A stretch of DNA of 59,133 bases, filler included. It is 6 parts of 6 records of this genome, joined end to end, with 100 filler letters (N's around TTAATTAATTAA, not from the genome) between each part and the next. Parts side by side here need not be neighbours in the genome. Positions count along the whole stretch, not along the records: positions 19,715 to 29,701 come from SRR31147125_23656; positions 29,802 to 41,601 come from SRR31147125_23669; 4 more parts are not named here. One strand, written 5' to 3'. The translations under genes were made by a program, and so were the position numbers. How positions within the stretch are numbered: the stretch's first letter is position 1; every line of letters starts with the position of its first letter. The notes under the pieces were generated by a model, which did no database searches, was not told the origin of the DNA, and was given only the letters and a program-made list of their open reading frames with translations. Shown one piece after another: positions 23,024 to 34,182 of this stretch.

Positions 23024-23562
23024 TTGGGCACAAAATCACGTCATATAACTTCATTAGCTCTCCTTTCCGCTATTGGTCTTGTTCTTTTTATAATTGAAAG
23101 CTATATTCCCAGACCATTACCCTGGGCTAAACCGGATTGGCCAATATTGTTACCATTCTCGCGATTTATCTTTATGATTTGAAAACAGCACTTATTGTCG
23201 TGTTGATCCGCGTTTTAGTGGGAGCTTTGCTTATTGGCACGTTTCTCAGTCCGGCATTCTTTTTATCGCTTTTCGGTGCAACCTTTGCTGCGATTGCAAT
23301 GGGATTTATTCGAAAATCCTTTGGCAAACTGTTCAGTGTATCTGGTGTGAGCATTTTTGGAGCATTAATTCATAATACGACGCAGCTTGGTTTGGCTTAT
23401 TTACTCATTGTTAATAACGTTCAAATTTTTTATATTTTACCCATGATGTTATTACCCGCTGTTGTAACAGGATTAGTAGTGGGATTGGTGTCACTATTTT
23501 TACTCAAACAGATTGAATATGTTGGAATCGGCAAACCACATTGGTATGCTCCGACAATCTGA
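23024..23562 (+). CDS. Gx transporter family / heptaprenyl-diphosphate synthase component I-like membrane protein, frameshifted near 23132
   Basis: Upstream frame from TTG 23024 gives LLSAIGLVLFIIESYIPRPLPWAKP, continuing as (G)LANIVT...LIRVLVG...SIFGALIHNTTQL. Confidence 0.8.
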
Positions 23563-23748
23563 CATTTTCCTTTATAAAGTTGTAAAAAATCAGGATTGTT
23601 TCTCATTATTCCAAATAATTAATTTTCAGATATAACTAATTGGAACTTTTAATTTAATATCGCTTTTAACTAATGTTTGGTTTGACGAATTACTTTTCAA
23701 AAAAACCAAAAATAGCGAGTTGATTGAAAGAAAAAACTGAACCTTATA

Positions 23749-24492
23749 TTGAATTTTTCTAAAAAACTTGTTCAAAGGCTGGCAACAGCAGAAAACGTTG
23801 CTGTACTAACCGGTGCGGGAATTTCCGCGGAGAGCGGTATCCCAACATTTCGTGGTAAGGATGGCTTGTGGAAAAACCGCAAACCGGAAGAATTAGCCAC
23901 TGTAGAGGCATTCCTCAGACATCCGGAACATGTTTGGGAGTGGTATAACTATCGCCGCGACATCATTCGGAAGGTTCAGCCGAATCCAGCTCATCTAACA
24001 CTGGCTGAAATGGAAAATCATTTCACTAATTTTTCCATTTGCACCCAAAATGTCGATGGTCTGCATAGTCGGGCAGGTAGTAAAAACGTGCGGGAAATAC
24101 ATGGCAATATATTAAGAAATCGTTGCCACACCTGTAACACTAAAAATACTATCAAAAAATTTGACCAGAGTGTTCCTCTTTGTAATTGTGGTGGTATGCT
24201 AAGACCGGATGTAGTGTGGTTCGGAGAAGCCATTCCTAAAGATGTGCTATATAAATCTTGGACTGACGCAGAAAAGGTTGATATTTATTTTACTCTGGGT
24301 ACTTCTGCTCTTGTATACCCGGCTGCGAGATTGCCCCTGGTTGCCAAAAAACACGGTGCCTTTGTTATTGAAATTAACCTGGAACCTACTCAGCTGAGCC
24401 ACCAGGTAGACGAAAGTATAATAGGAAAGTGCGGATCTGTTCTACCAGCACTATGGCAAATCATTGTAAACTTGAAGAATTTTCATTCTTGA
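23749..24492 (+). CDS. cobB: NAD-dependent protein deacylase, class III sirtuin
   Basis: TGAGISAESGIPTFRG, WYNYRR (YxxR), TQNVDGLH, HG, zinc Cys pairs, RPDVVWFGE, GTS. Confidence 0.95.
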   Translation: MNFSKKLVQRLATAENVAVLTGAGISAESGIPTFRGKDGLWKNRKPEELATVEAFLRHPEHVWEWYNYRRDIIRKVQPNPAHLTLAEMENHFTNFSICTQNVDGLHSRAGSKNVREIHGNILRNRCHTCNTKNTIKKFDQSVPLCNCGGMLRPDVVWFGEAIPKDVLYKSWTDAEKVDIYFTLGTSALVYPAARLPLVAKKHGAFVIEINLEPTQLSHQVDESIIGKCGSVLPALWQIIVNLKNFHS

Positions 24493-24500
24493 CCAACATT

Positions 24501-26913
24501 ATGAAAAAATATATTTATTACATAATTACTTTGACCTCCTTGTTTTCCCTATTTACAGGTTGCGCCTATTATAATACCTTTTATAATGCGAAAAAATTCT
24601 ATAACAAGGCAAGCGAGGAACGAAAAAAACGACTCCGGACTCAGGTTGTCGAATTATCACCCGAAGAACAACAAAAACTTCGAAAAACTGGCAATTATTC
24701 AAACATGCAGGGCAATAAAGCCTCCACTACAGAAATGCAGGATTATCAAAAATCTATTGAAAAAGCATCCAGTGTCCTTGAATTTTATCCAAACAGCAAG
24801 TACATCGATGATGCTCTGATGATGTTGGGCGAATGTTTCTTTTTCCGCCGCGAATACAGTAAAGCTGAAAGAAAATTTCAAGAGTTAATAGAATTATTTC
24901 CAAAAAGCAAATTTATCCCCAAGGCTCGACTCTTTATGGCCAAAACCCAATTAGGGCTACAAAATTTCGATATTGCCGAAGACCAGTTCCTCTCTATCTC
25001 ACAAAACGATAAATTTGACAATGATCTAAAGGAAGAAGCGGCTTATGAATTAGCTGGACTCTATTATAACAAAGGTTCTTTTGATCTGGCTGCTCAGGAA
25101 TACCAGATTACCGCCAAACATTCAGACGATAAACTTATCAAAGCCATGTCCCTTTACAGGTGGGGTGAGTGTCTTATCAATCTGAATAAAATTGAGGATG
25201 CACCTGATATCTTTAAAAGAGCCGTTAAAGAAAGTCCTAATGAAGACTTTAAATCACAGGCCTCATTTAAATTAGGTGAAGCACAAAGCCTAAACGCTGA
25301 TTATGAAGCTGCTGTAAAAACATTCTCTGACCTGCTTTCTAAAGAATATGAAGTTAAACGAATCCCACGGATTAAATTACAGTTAGCAGAAAACCTTCGG
25401 TTTAAAGGTGAGCTTGATCCTGCTTTACAATGGTACAATAACATCATTGAAGAACATAAACGCACTGATGCTGCTGCTCGCAGCTATTATGCTTTGGGAG
25501 AAATTGAACAGTTCATTAACAAAAACTATCAAAAAGCAAAAGAAAATTATGACCTTGTCCGCGGCGAATTTGCAACATCCCAGGTTGCTCCTGAAGCAAA
25601 AAAAAGATCTGAAAACATCCGTTCTTTAATCGATCTGAGATTATCAATCGCGGAACTTGAGGGTAGAAAAGTCAAAAGAGATTCACTATCCGCGGATTCC
25701 GAAGAAGATAAAAAGAATATCGCCCGGGAAAATGCGAAAGACGATGCGCCAATCGACCTGAGCCTTGACGGAATTTGGGTAAATTATTCCGGTCGAGATA
25801 GACCACCACCAAAGTCGTTACAAGATTTATCAGATGTAGATCGTCAACGAGCAGCTTTAATGCAACAACGTGCAATATCTTCAGGCGCAGATTCATTGGC
25901 ATTAGGCTCTGTTCCTGTAGCCAATACAGAGCTGGACAGTGCTGCCCTTGCACTACAAGCTGAAAATGAAAAAACAAAAGAAAATACTCTTGCTTGAAAA
26001 AAATCTGGAACTGGCAGAACTTTTATTATTCAGTTTTGAATTCCCCGATTCCGCCACTGAACTTTATACTAAAGTGGCCATGAATGAAATAGATAGTACA
26101 ATAGCATCAAAGGCATTGTATTCCCTGGCATATATTTTTGAATCGGTAAATAATAATCCGGAACGCGCAGATTCTCTTTATCAAAAAATTATTAATTTCT
26201 TTCCCGATTCTCCTCAGGCAGATGGTGCTCGTCAGGCCCTTGGAATGCCTTTACTCAATACAAAGCTCGATTCTGCGGAAAATCTGTTCAAAATGGCTGA
26301 AGAGGCTTACTGGAAAGATAACGAGGTAACTGAAGCTATAGATTATTATAATAATGTTATCGAGAAATTCCCTTCATCAAAATTTGCATTAAAATCGATA
26401 TATGCATTAGGCTGGATATATGAAAACAGCACATTTGATTACGAACTCGCCAAGGCACAATATCAGATCATTGTGGATGATTACCCCAAATCAGATTATG
26501 CAAAAAAAATCAAACCTAAATTGACAGCTTTGGAAAACGCAAAAAAAGCAGAACTGGCACGACAAAAAGCTATCGCCGATTCACTGGCTAAACTTACTCA
26601 GGCTAATACAGACTCGACTTTATTAATAGCGTCAGATTCCACAAAGGTAACTTCTCAGGATTCAATAACCGTTGCTCAACAACCACAAAAAGTGGCTAAA
26701 GACACGACGAATCAAAAACAACAAGCTCAAAAACCACCGGATTCAGAAGCAAACGAGTTAAAATCTGCGATTGCACGAAAAAAAGCACTACAAAAGTCCG
26801 AGAAAAATAATCGCCGAAGAATCATTGATGACGAGAAAAGTAACGCAAAGGAACCAGCTGATTCCAAAAACAAACCGGAACTCAAAGATAAAGAACCTAT
26901 TATCCCGCAGTAA
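24501..26913 (+). CDS. Large TPR outer-membrane lipoprotein (SprE/PorW-like N-terminus), frameshifted in an A-run near 25970
   Basis: Lipobox FTGC then AYYNTFYNAKK; TPR repeats in both ORFs (24429-25997 and 25939-26913). Confidence 0.75.
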
Positions 26914-27044
26914 CACTTTATTATAGTTAACAATAGTGTTTAAAACACGCCTTGTTCTCTATGGGGGCCATTTCATTGATACGCTTAAACAGTTCTGTTA
27001 AAAGATAACAAGTTTAGATTAAACCACGAAAAGAGGACTCATTT

Positions 27045-27857
27045 TTGACACAAATCAAAAGGGACTTTGCAGCAAAAATTCAAAGTATCAATAAAGTCGC
27101 TTCTCAGACCTATCGAATCCGTTTGTCAGATTCCCTGTTAGCCACTCATATCCATGCAGGACAATTTGTCAACATCGCTATCCCACATTGCAAGGATGTC
27201 CTATGGCGTAGACCATTTAGCATTCATCAAACCAATCCTGAATTGGGAACTTTTGATATTTTGTTTCATGTTGTCGGAAAAGGGACGAAAACTTTAGCTA
27301 CGCTTCAGAAAGACCAGGAGGTTAAGGTACTTGGTCCTTTAGGCAATTCATTCACATATCCTGCCGGATTAAAAGAAGCTATCATTGTGGCCGGAGGTTT
27401 GGGTATCGCACCATTTGTTTTAATGCTGCAAAATTTAAAAAATCAGGGCATCATAAAAAATGTGTTTTACGGTGTCGATACAGATGAGAGTTTTTGCTGC
27501 CTTGACGATCTCCGTAACCTGGGTGCTGAACTCTATCTCACGACAGAAGACGGAAGTAAAGGTCAGAAAGGATTTGTTACTGACCTTTTGGTTAAACATC
27601 TTTCTTCTTTACCAGATATGAATAAAAGAATGCTTTATACATGCGGTCCGACTCCTATGTTGGCACATGTGCAAAAAATAGCCCGGGATTTTAATATAAC
27701 AGCAGAAATTTCAGTAGAAACCGTCATGGCGTGTGGTTTTGGCGCCTGTATGGGATGCCCCGTACCCATGACGAATCCGACGGAAACAAAAAAATATTAT
27801 CTTGCCTGTAAGGATGGCCCGGTATTTAACTTAAATGAGATAGACTTAAATGTGTGA
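27045..27857 (+). CDS. pyrK: Dihydroorotate dehydrogenase electron transfer subunit
   Basis: RRPFSI, GPLGN, AGGLGIAP, CGPTPM, MACGFGACMGC...CKDGPVF. Confidence 0.95.
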   Translation: MTQIKRDFAAKIQSINKVASQTYRIRLSDSLLATHIHAGQFVNIAIPHCKDVLWRRPFSIHQTNPELGTFDILFHVVGKGTKTLATLQKDQEVKVLGPLGNSFTYPAGLKEAIIVAGGLGIAPFVLMLQNLKNQGIIKNVFYGVDTDESFCCLDDLRNLGAELYLTTEDGSKGQKGFVTDLLVKHLSSLPDMNKRMLYTCGPTPMLAHVQKIARDFNITAEISVETVMACGFGACMGCPVPMTNPTETKKYYLACKDGPVFNLNEIDLNV

Positions 27858-28760
27858 TTTATCCGTAAAAATTGGTTCACTAACACTTGTAAATCCGGTA
27901 CTCGTTGCCAGTGGTACTTTTGGATATGCCAATGAATTTGAAGGATTACTCAACCTTAACTCACTCGGGGGCATCGTCACCAAAACAGTGACTCTTGAAC
28001 CACGCCCCGGCAATCCACCTCCACGAATCGTTGAAACACCTTCAGGGATGTTAAACTCTATTGGTCTACCCAACGTTGGTGTGGAAAACTTTATCAGTGA
28101 GAAAATGCCATTTCTCACTACTCTTGAAACAAAAATCATTGTTAATGTGGCTGGAAAAACAGGCGATGATTATTCCGAGGTTGTTGCGAGACTGGAAGAT
28201 GTAGCAGGGATTGACGCATATGAATTAAATTACTCGTGCCCCAATGTCAAACAAGGTGGTTTGTCATTCAGTGCCAGTGCCAGTATTGCCGAAAAAGTCA
28301 CAGAACAGGTCAGAAAAAAACAAACAGACCCATAATTGCAAAATTAACACCAAATGTGACCTCTATTAAAGAAATAGGACGTGCTGTTGAAAATGGTGGT
28401 GCGGATGCCGTATCAGCAATCAATACGCTGGTTGGCATGGCTGTTGACATAAGAACGAAAAAGGCTAAACTGGCGACTATAACGGGTGGCCTTTCAGGAC
28501 CAGCAATCAAGCCAGTCGCCCTGGCAAAGGTATATGAATTATTTCAAGCCATAACGATTCCGATTTTAGGGATTGGAGGCATTATGACTGGTGAAGATGC
28601 TTTGGAATTCTTTTTTACCGGTGCGGCAGCCATACAGGTAGGTACAGCTAATTTTATGCAACCCAATTCTGCAGAAAAAGTTCTTTCGGATATTAAAGAC
28701 TATTGTGTGAATAATAAAATAAAGCATTTGAAAAGCATCATTGGTAGTTTAAAAATCTGA
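27850..28760 (+). CDS. pyrD: Dihydroorotate dehydrogenase family 1B catalytic subunit, frameshifted in the A-run 28314-28320
   Basis: ASGTFGY, GNPPPR, NSIGLPN, ELNYSCPN in the first frame; KLTPNVT, INTL, GGLSGPAIKP in the second. Confidence 0.93.
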
Positions 28761-28791
28761 TAAAATTTGTTCGAAAAATAAGGACATTAAT

Positions 28792-29253
28792 GTGGCATTT
28801 CATCCTAATTCTCTTGTGATCGTTGCAACCTTTTGCCTCATTTATTCCTGTTCGACAAGCCCATCCATTCAGACTGATGTGGCGCTCTCTCCTGAACAGA
28901 AAATGTTAGGAAATCGTGATACGAATTCAACGAAACAAACTGAAAAAAAAGAGTTATCCGAAAAGCATAATATAGGATTAGCATCGTTTTCAGCGGACGA
29001 GAAACATGGCTACCCGACAACAAGCGGCGAAATCTATAATATGAGAGATCTTGTAGCGAGCCATCCGACCTTACCCTTTGGGACAAAGGTCAAAGTAACT
29101 TGTATCGATAACAATAAAAGTGTTACGGTCAGAATTATTGATCATAAACCTGCTTCCCGTAAGACCATCATAGATGTTTCATTCGAAGCAGCGAAACGCC
29201 TGGGATTCGTAGAAAAAGGATCAACTCAGGTATCCATAAAAGTCATTGATTAA
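28792..29253 (+). CDS. rlpA: RlpA-like double-psi beta-barrel lipoprotein
   Basis: GLAS..TTSGEIYNM..ASHPTLPFGTKVKVT..IIDVSFEAAKRLG; lipobox IYSC. Confidence 0.82.
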   Translation: MAFHPNSLVIVATFCLIYSCSTSPSIQTDVALSPEQKMLGNRDTNSTKQTEKKELSEKHNIGLASFSADEKHGYPTTSGEIYNMRDLVASHPTLPFGTKVKVTCIDNNKSVTVRIIDHKPASRKTIIDVSFEAAKRLGFVEKGSTQVSIKVID

Positions 29254-29543
29254 AAACGTTCATTCTGTACAATAGCGCAAGAGTCTGCAATTTCATACAA
29301 ATATTTAGTTTATCTATCCGTAATTGACTATCAGGTTCACACTCTACTCTGAAATTTTTGGATTCTGACTGGGATCTGTCGTTCTACAGACAAGATATCA
29401 TAGCCACGATCCTGCAAAGCAACAATAGTTTGCAACGAAATGAAACATTTATAAGACGTGTCCGCAAAAAGGGCGCATATAAAATTGCCCACGCATGTTC
29501 GTATCTGGCAGACCAATTGTAATCGATTAAGAAAGGAGTCGCT

Positions 29544-29701
29544 TTGAATTTAAAATCATTTGCTATACGCTCAGCTATCGCGCTTGTCTTTGGTCCTCTT
29601 ATCCTATTAGCAGCTTTTTATGGAAAAATATACTGGCTGGGATTTGTTATGCTCGTGGTCATTTTGTCAATAAGCGAATTTTATGAAATAGCCGAAAAAA
29701 A
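29544..29701 (+). CDS. cdsA: Probable phosphatidate cytidylyltransferase, N-terminal fragment
   Basis: AAGGAG RBS with TTG start; R.AIALVFGPLIL....G...LSISEFYEI resembles the CdsA N-terminus; truncated by gap. Confidence 0.6.
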
Positions 29702-29801
29702 NNNNNNNNNNNNNNNNNNNNNNNNNNNNNNNNNNNNNNNNNNNNTTAATTAATTAANNNNNNNNNNNNNNNNNNNNNNNNNNNNNNNNNNNNNNNNNNN
29801 N

Positions 29802-30584
29802 GCCCGTATTGCCATTCCAGGCATGGGCGGGGTCGGAGGGGCCCATTTAATCACCCTGGTGAGATCCGGCATCGGCCAGTTCAATATTGCGGATTTTGAC
29901 TCTTTTGAACCGGTAAATGTTAATCGTCAATATGGCGCTGCCGTAGACGCTTTCGGAAGGCCCAAGCTCCAGGTGATGGCGGAAAGGGCGCTTTCCATCA
30001 ATCCTTACCTGGACATCCAGGCCTTTGAAAAAGGGATTGATAAAAATAATATGGACCGCTTTCTTGAGGATGTGGACGTGGTCATTGACGGATTGGATTT
30101 TTTTGAATTTGAGATCCGGAGGCAATTATTCAAACGGGCCGCCGAAAAAGGCATTTACGTCATAACGGCGGCGCCTTTGGGATTTAGTTCGGCTTTATTG
30201 GTATTTGCACCTGAGGGTATGGGGTTTGATGAATACTTTGATATTAAGGATGATATGACAGCCGATGATAAATACCTTTCCTTTGCCATGGGGCTGGCCC
30301 CAAAGCCGACACACATAAAATATATGAATCTTTCAAAGGTGGACTTCAGTTCCAAAGCAGGGCCTTCCCTGAACATTGCCTGCCAGCTTTGCTCGGGCAT
30401 GGCAGCCAGCGAAGCCGTAAAAATAATATTAAAACGCGGCAGCGTAAGGCCTGTGCCCTGTTACTGCCAGTTTGATGCCTATTTGAACCGGTTTAAAACA
30501 GGGCGATTGTATCTTGGAAATAAGAATCCATTACAGATGCTGAAAAAGGCCATCGTCAAAAAGCTTTTGATGAAGAAAGGTTAA
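29802..30584 (+). CDS. ThiF/MoeB-family adenylyltransferase (5' truncated)
   Basis: IAIPGMGGVGG, ADFDSFEPVNVNRQ, K, DVVIDGLD; C-terminal AGPSLNIACQLC. Confidence 0.9.
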   Translation, partial: ARIAIPGMGGVGGAHLITLVRSGIGQFNIADFDSFEPVNVNRQYGAAVDAFGRPKLQVMAERALSINPYLDIQAFEKGIDKNNMDRFLEDVDVVIDGLDFFEFEIRRQLFKRAAEKGIYVITAAPLGFSSALLVFAPEGMGFDEYFDIKDDMTADDKYLSFAMGLAPKPTHIKYMNLSKVDFSSKAGPSLNIACQLCSGMAASEAVKIILKRGSVRPVPCYCQFDAYLNRFKTGRLYLGNKNPLQMLKKAIVKKLLMKKG

Positions 30585-30590
30585 GATCAT

Positions 30591-32875
30591 ATGGGCAGAA
30601 AATATATTGATGCATTGTTGAGATTTCCAAAATCCTGTTTTTGTTTTCTCATTGCCGTAACCTGTATTGCAGGGTATTTTTTTACCCTTCTGCCCGTTGA
30701 AACCTCTGTTGAATCCCTGATCATGGAAGATGATCCGGATCTGGTTTTTTATGAAAGATTCAAAAAGGAATTCGGCGAGGACGAATTCATTATTATTGCC
30801 TTTGCTTCGGATAATATATTTACCCCCCAGATGTAGCCGAGGTCCATGGGCTTACCCAGAAACTTGAAACCATTGAAGAAGTAAAAGAAATAGTCAGCAT
30901 CACCAATGTTGAGAGTATTGTCGGTACAGAGTATGATTTTTTTGTACATCCCCTGTGTGAGGAGCTTCCAGATACCATGGCGGCGGCGGAAAAAGTAAGA
31001 CACAGGGCTTTCAGTTTAAAATCCGTAAAAGATAATATCGTTTCCCAGGATGCAAAATCTTCTCTTTTTCTGGTCAGAACCTTGACCCACGAAGGAGACG
31101 AAACCTATGACGCCAGACTATTGGATAAAATAGAGCAGGTGTTCAAGGAAAACACCTCCAGCACCTCATTTCTTCATTCAGATAAGGTGTATGTGGCAGG
31201 CTGGCTGGTGACTGATGTCAATATGAGTTCCCATATCAACCGGGACAACCAGGTGTTTATGCCCCTGATCTATGCCATTCTCGGTTCTTTTTTATTTTTA
31301 ACCCTGAGAAGTATAATGGGGGTTGCCATTGGCCTGGTGAATATCACCCTCTGTTTGATCTGGACCATGGCGGGCCTGTTTTTATCCGGCGGGGCCATAA
31401 GTCCCATGACCGCGATTCTGTCCCCGCTGATTATGGCCCTGTCCGTGTCCGACAGTGTCCATGTCCTGCTCCATTTTTTTAAAAAGCCCCGGACCCGGGA
31501 AAATCTGTTGGAAACATTAAAACAGACCATTAACGAATTATGGCGCCCTTGTTTTTTGACCAGTCTGACAACGGCCATTGGCTTTTTATCCCTATTGGTA
31601 AGCAATATCCCCCCTATACGGCATTTCGGGCTTTCCGCGGCCATTGGCATGATGGCGGAGTTTTTTTTAACCATGACCCTGATACCATTGATCATTTATT
31701 TTTTGCGGAATACCCCTTTTATGGTCAAGGACTTCAATATTAAGGAAAACTTCCTTTTAAGGCTTTCGGTAAAAGCATCGTCATTTGTCTCAGATAACCG
31801 GCGCAGTATTCTGGTGGCCGCTTCTGTCCTTGTGATCGGCGCTGTTTTCGGCCTGACGAAAATCCAGGTGGAAACCAATTTAATAGAGTATTTTAAAAAA
31901 GGCAGCACAATATATCAGGACTTTCAGTTCATCGATACCCGGCTCAACGGCGTCAATACCATAGAAGTGTCCATCAGGAGTACCAGGGACGAGAGTCTGA
32001 TGACCCCCCACCGGTTAAAACAGATCCAGGCCATAGAGTCCTATTTGGTCTCCCTGCCCATTGTCGGAACCACCACATCGGTCAACACCTTTATCAAGCA
32101 GATGAACAAATCCTTCCATGCAGAAAAGCCTGAATACTACGCCATACCGGATTCCGGCGATATGATTGCCCAGTACATGCTGATTTACGGCGGGGATGAA
32201 ATTTATAATTTTTTAAATGACGAGTATACCTGGACCCGGGTTTCAGCCAGGATTTCAGAGCATAGTTCAAAGGTGCTTGAGCAATATATCGACCAGATCC
32301 GGTCCTATATTGAAAACAATATTCAAGATGCCGACCTCGAGATCCGGCTTACGGGCAAAACCTTTTTGGTGACGAAACTGGTAAAAAGTATTGTGGACAG
32401 CCAGGTTAACAGCCTTATGCTGGCGTTTGCCATCATATTCGGTGTCTTGTTTATCGTCTTTAAATCCTTTAAACTCGGGCTCATCTCTTTGGTTCCCAAC
32501 TCGTTGCCCATTTTGTTCAACCTTGGGATAATGGGGATTCTGGGAATTCCTCTGAATACGGCCACTGCCATTATATCGGCCGTGGCCATCGGCATTGCCG
32601 TGGATGATACCATCCATTACCTGACCGTATACCAGTCTTGCAGAAATCAGAATATGAGTATGGGGAATGCGGCCCTTGAGGCGGTCAGGGCTAAAGGAGA
32701 GCCCATCATGGTGACCTCATTTATCCTTTGCTGCGGCTTCGGCGTCATGGTGTTTTCGAGCTTTGTCCCTACGATTCAATTCGGATTTTTAACCGCGGTG
32801 ATCATGATTTCCGCCATGATTTGCGATATTTTCATCCTGCCCTCTTTGATGCTGTCTTTCCAAAAGGCCGATTAG
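30591..32875 (+). CDS. MMPL/RND-family exporter, 1-nt frameshift at about 30834
   Basis: The frame of ORF 30977 is open back to 30836 (AEVHGLTQKLE...); motifs LSVSDSVH, LTSLTTAIGFLSL, GIAVDDTIH. Confidence 0.88.
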
Positions 32876-33107
32876 CCCCACGATGCATTTGCATGGGGCC
32901 GGCCGCTTGGGAAAAAAATCCATATCATTGTAACATTTTTTTCTAATTATAACTTTTTTTCCATAAGATTGGCCTCCAGAAAACCAATATATCTACCCTT
33001 CCCCTTAATCTTTTAGAATACCGACTTGGGTATCGGTTCCTTTCCTCGTCTGTTTATACAGCTCTTTTTATTGGAAAAACCTGCACTTAAAAAAAGACAA
33101 AAAGGTT

Positions 33108-33123
33108 TGGCAAGCTAATTGCA
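33108..33123 (+). promoter_or_regulatory. sigma54 (-24/-12) promoter of the PEP-CTERM gene
   Basis: TGGCAAGCTAATTGCA fits TGGC-N9-TGC with GG-N10-GC spacing, about 90 nt upstream of the ATG; PEP-CTERM genes are commonly sigma54/PrsR-controlled. Confidence 0.75.
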
Positions 33124-33212
33124 TATTCTTATGTGAAATTGAATAAAAAGGAGGTGAAAACAGCGGAAAAAAGGTCGAATCGTAAACATTAAATCTAAGG
33201 AGATAGAGGCAC

Positions 33213-34079
33213 ATGAAAAAACTAATCTGTTTTTTATTTGCGAGTGCATTCTTGTTAGTGGGTTCCAATGCATTTGCATTCAGTTTCAACCAAATCGACA
33301 CCTACCTTGATCTGAACAAGGTGGCCCAGGCAGATGCCACTGCGCCTAATGATTATTTCACTACCGACGGCGGGGACGGGATTACCGGCAACTTTCAGGA
33401 ACTCACCTACCTTGCCTACACTCGGTCCGATATCAACCTTGCGACAGGCGATATTCTGGACAGAGGGATGCTCATGGTCACGGATCTTGAGTTGAATCCC
33501 CCTATTTTCCCCGGAGATAAGGAAGAGCACAGCGCTCGCTGGACAATGACCATTACCTGGGACAATCTGGCAGGCAAGGTCACCAAGGCAGATCCTGACG
33601 GCACCCTCCATTCCGTATATACCGGCGGCACATTCAATGTATATATCGATTATAATCCTCTTGGGGTTGATATGACCGATATCAATGATTTTTCAACTTT
33701 GCAGGACGGTTATCAGGTGGCCACTATCGATATTACCGGCGGCAGCAACACCCTGGCCCCTGCAGGACAGACCGGAAGCTCATATGAAGTTTACGGCAAG
33801 TTTACTTCCGTTTTAGATGATTTCTGGTTTGATGCGAATACCAATACGGCATTGGAAGATATGGCCGGATTCAACCTGGGCTGGATAATGGCCTATACCC
33901 ATGGGGACACCAATCCCAATGATATCACCCGCTGGATTGATCCGACTACAGGGCATTTAATCGTTGATTCAGACCACGATTCCTCCCTGACCGTGGGCGT
34001 GGTTCCCGAGCCTACGACCTTTGCTCTCTTTGGTCTTGGCCTTCTTGGGGCTGCCGGCCTCATTAGAAGAAAAAGCTGA
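33213..34079 (+). CDS. PEP-CTERM sorting-domain surface protein
   Basis: Signal peptide (..SNAFA), Asp/Thr/Gly-rich body, C-terminal VPEPTTFALFGLGLLGAAGLIRRKS. Confidence 0.95.
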   Translation: MKKLICFLFASAFLLVGSNAFAFSFNQIDTYLDLNKVAQADATAPNDYFTTDGGDGITGNFQELTYLAYTRSDINLATGDILDRGMLMVTDLELNPPIFPGDKEEHSARWTMTITWDNLAGKVTKADPDGTLHSVYTGGTFNVYIDYNPLGVDMTDINDFSTLQDGYQVATIDITGGSNTLAPAGQTGSSYEVYGKFTSVLDDFWFDANTNTALEDMAGFNLGWIMAYTHGDTNPNDITRWIDPTTGHLIVDSDHDSSLTVGVVPEPTTFALFGLGLLGAAGLIRRKS

Positions 34080-34119
34080 ATGAAAACTGGACCCTGTAAT
34101 TCTATGGGATCCATATATT

Positions 34120-34165
34120 AAAAAACGCCCCCGTCTTTATAATAAAAAGACGGGGGCGTTTTTTT
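34120..34165. terminator. Bidirectional intrinsic terminator between convergent genes
   Basis: AAAAAACGCCCCCGTCTTT-loop-AAAGACGGGGGCGTTTTTT perfect stem with A and T tails. Confidence 0.88.
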
Positions 34166-34182
34166 GCTTTGCCCTGCGTCTT

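Noticed and set aside
28310-28335. Programmed ribosomal frameshift in pyrD at the A7 run
   Set aside because: No precedent I know of for pyrD, and the same contig has several similar homopolymer indels
29254-29543. 290-nt intergenic region before cdsA as a possible ncRNA or riboswitch
   Set aside because: No recognisable family motif or convincing long stem by eye; an Infernal/Rfam search would be needed
30831-30840. TAG ending the 81-aa ORF as possible amber readthrough in the MMPL gene
   Set aside because: The continuation is in a different frame, so this is an indel and not an in-frame stop
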